Positions 63,582 to 64,000 of a stretch of 64,000 nt of DNA are shown here, in pieces. This stretch comes from Candidatus Poribacteria bacterium. GTDB taxonomy: Bacteria > Poribacteria > WGA-4E > WGA-3G. Where the stretch lies: the NCBI GenBank assembly GCA_965214045.1, contig OZ243935.1:2794904-2858903 (forward strand). Reading direction: 5' to 3'. The notes below the pieces were generated by a model. The model saw only the letters and a list, made by a program, of their open reading frames with translations. It was not told the DNA's origin and did not search any database. Within the stretch, counting starts at the first letter, position 1, and the number at the start of each line of letters is the position of its first letter. Made by a program: the position numbers and the translations under genes.

Positions 63582-64000
63582 ATGCAATTCCTGAACCCTG
63601 CCGCGTTTTATCTGCTGGGTGTTATTCCAATAGTGATGGCACTTCACTTTCTGAAATTACGTCGTCACACCCGTGTTGTTTCCAGCATTATGTTTTGGCT
63701 CTCCACTGACGAAGACCAGAGAGCAAATGTCCCTTTCCAACGAATCCGCAACCTACTTCTCCCACTCCTACAGGTGCTGTTTTTGTTACTCCTTGTGTGC
63801 AGCATCGCGCGCCCCGCCCTGCGTAGACCCGGATTTATGCCCGGCAAAGCAATTCTCATCGTTGATAATTCCGCAAGTATGTCGTCAAAAGAGATGGGAC
63901 AAACACGCCTCACACTCGCGAAACAGGAAGCACAGCAATACATTGAAAGGGTTTCCGCGAGCGGTGGGATGATGCTCATGGTGACGAACTCCCCTGAAAC
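63582..64000 (+). CDS. BatA/aerotolerance-type N-terminal TM plus VWA domain protein (5' fragment; runs off the window end)
   Basis: My own translation from the ATG at 63582 (RBS AAGGAAAATTAAAGAGG). MQFLNPAAFYLLGVIPIVMALHFLKLRRH...AILIVDNSASMS matches the BatA N-terminus plus VWA MIDAS start. The ORF is open to the window end. Confidence 0.5.
   Translation, partial: MQFLNPAAFYLLGVIPIVMALHFLKLRRHTRVVSSIMFWLSTDEDQRANVPFQRIRNLLLPLLQVLFLLLLVCSIARPALRRPGFMPGKAILIVDNSASMSSKEMGQTRLTLAKQEAQQYIERVSASGGMMLMVTNSPE

Noticed and set aside
1-64000. tRNA, rRNA, tmRNA, RNase P, SRP genes
   Set aside because: I scanned intergenic regions for T-arm (GGTTCGAATCC-like) and D-arm (TAGCTCAGTTGG-like) signatures and for tmRNA/RNase P 5' ends. 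None found. The inverted repeat at 27423-27447 (CGTAATC...GATTACG) is not a T-arm.

Overview
This 64-kb window (about 50% GC overall, with visibly lower GC from roughly 31.8 to 46.4 kb) is from a repeat-rich bacterial genome that I cannot place taxonomically. One giant surface protein carries a T9SS / FlgD-Ig-type C-terminal sorting domain, which points to an FCB-like or candidate-phylum organism rather than a proteobacterium. All functional calls below come from motif and family recognition by eye; no search was run.

Layout:
- 0-17 kb: secreted or accessory enzymes. These include four phytanoyl-CoA-dioxygenase-like Fe/2OG oxygenases across the window, a DUF4953-type zinc metalloprotease, an AAC(3)-family acetyltransferase, two SAM methyltransferases, a LamG-like secreted protein, a HicB antitoxin, a Uma2 endonuclease and an ECF sigma factor.
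- 16.3-18.4 kb: an Rpn/PD-(D/E)XK transposase-like gene and a T5orf172-like gene.
- 18.5-25.5 kb: two giant secreted proteins. One has Ig-like repeats, a YWTD propeller, dockerin repeats and a T9SS CTD. The other carries lamin-tail domains.
- 25.5-27.5 kb: a 2-kb stretch with no convincing coding potential. It contains a tandemly duplicated perfect sigma70 promoter driving a small HTH gene, a second consensus promoter and hairpins.
- 27.5-31.7 kb: a tandem PhyH paralog pair and a HEAT-repeat gene, embedded in modular dispersed repeats.
- 31.8-46.4 kb: a 14.6-kb all-minus-strand defense island. It carries an SspB/C/D-like DNA phosphorothioation core (DUF4007, a large P-loop ATPase, a PAPS-reductase-like protein) and an SspE-like DUF262-HNH nuclease. 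It also carries a PLD-SF2 helicase fusion, a DndD-like SMC ATPase, a DGQHR (DndB-like) protein, three small unknown ORFs and a flanking HNH endonuclease. A G10 homopolymer sits in the presumed promoter region. This island is the best candidate for a novel or composite system.
- 46.7-64 kb: two inverted paralogous AAA-like/PD-(D/E)XK ATPases flank an FGE-family gene, mutY, an aldo/keto reductase and a DUF1080 gene. After them come hisC, ispG, an envelope-polysaccharide cluster (GT-C-like membrane protein, GT4, deacetylase, methyltransferase, uppP), a second LamG-like secreted protein and a partial BatA/VWA gene.

Three unrelated secreted proteins share a short conserved C-terminal tail, KL-x-x-TWGELKT. 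Intergenic DNA carries several short repeat families: heptamer and octamer tandem repeats, a 51-bp CCCCAGCGGGG hairpin repeat at two loci, and modular 20-45-bp elements.
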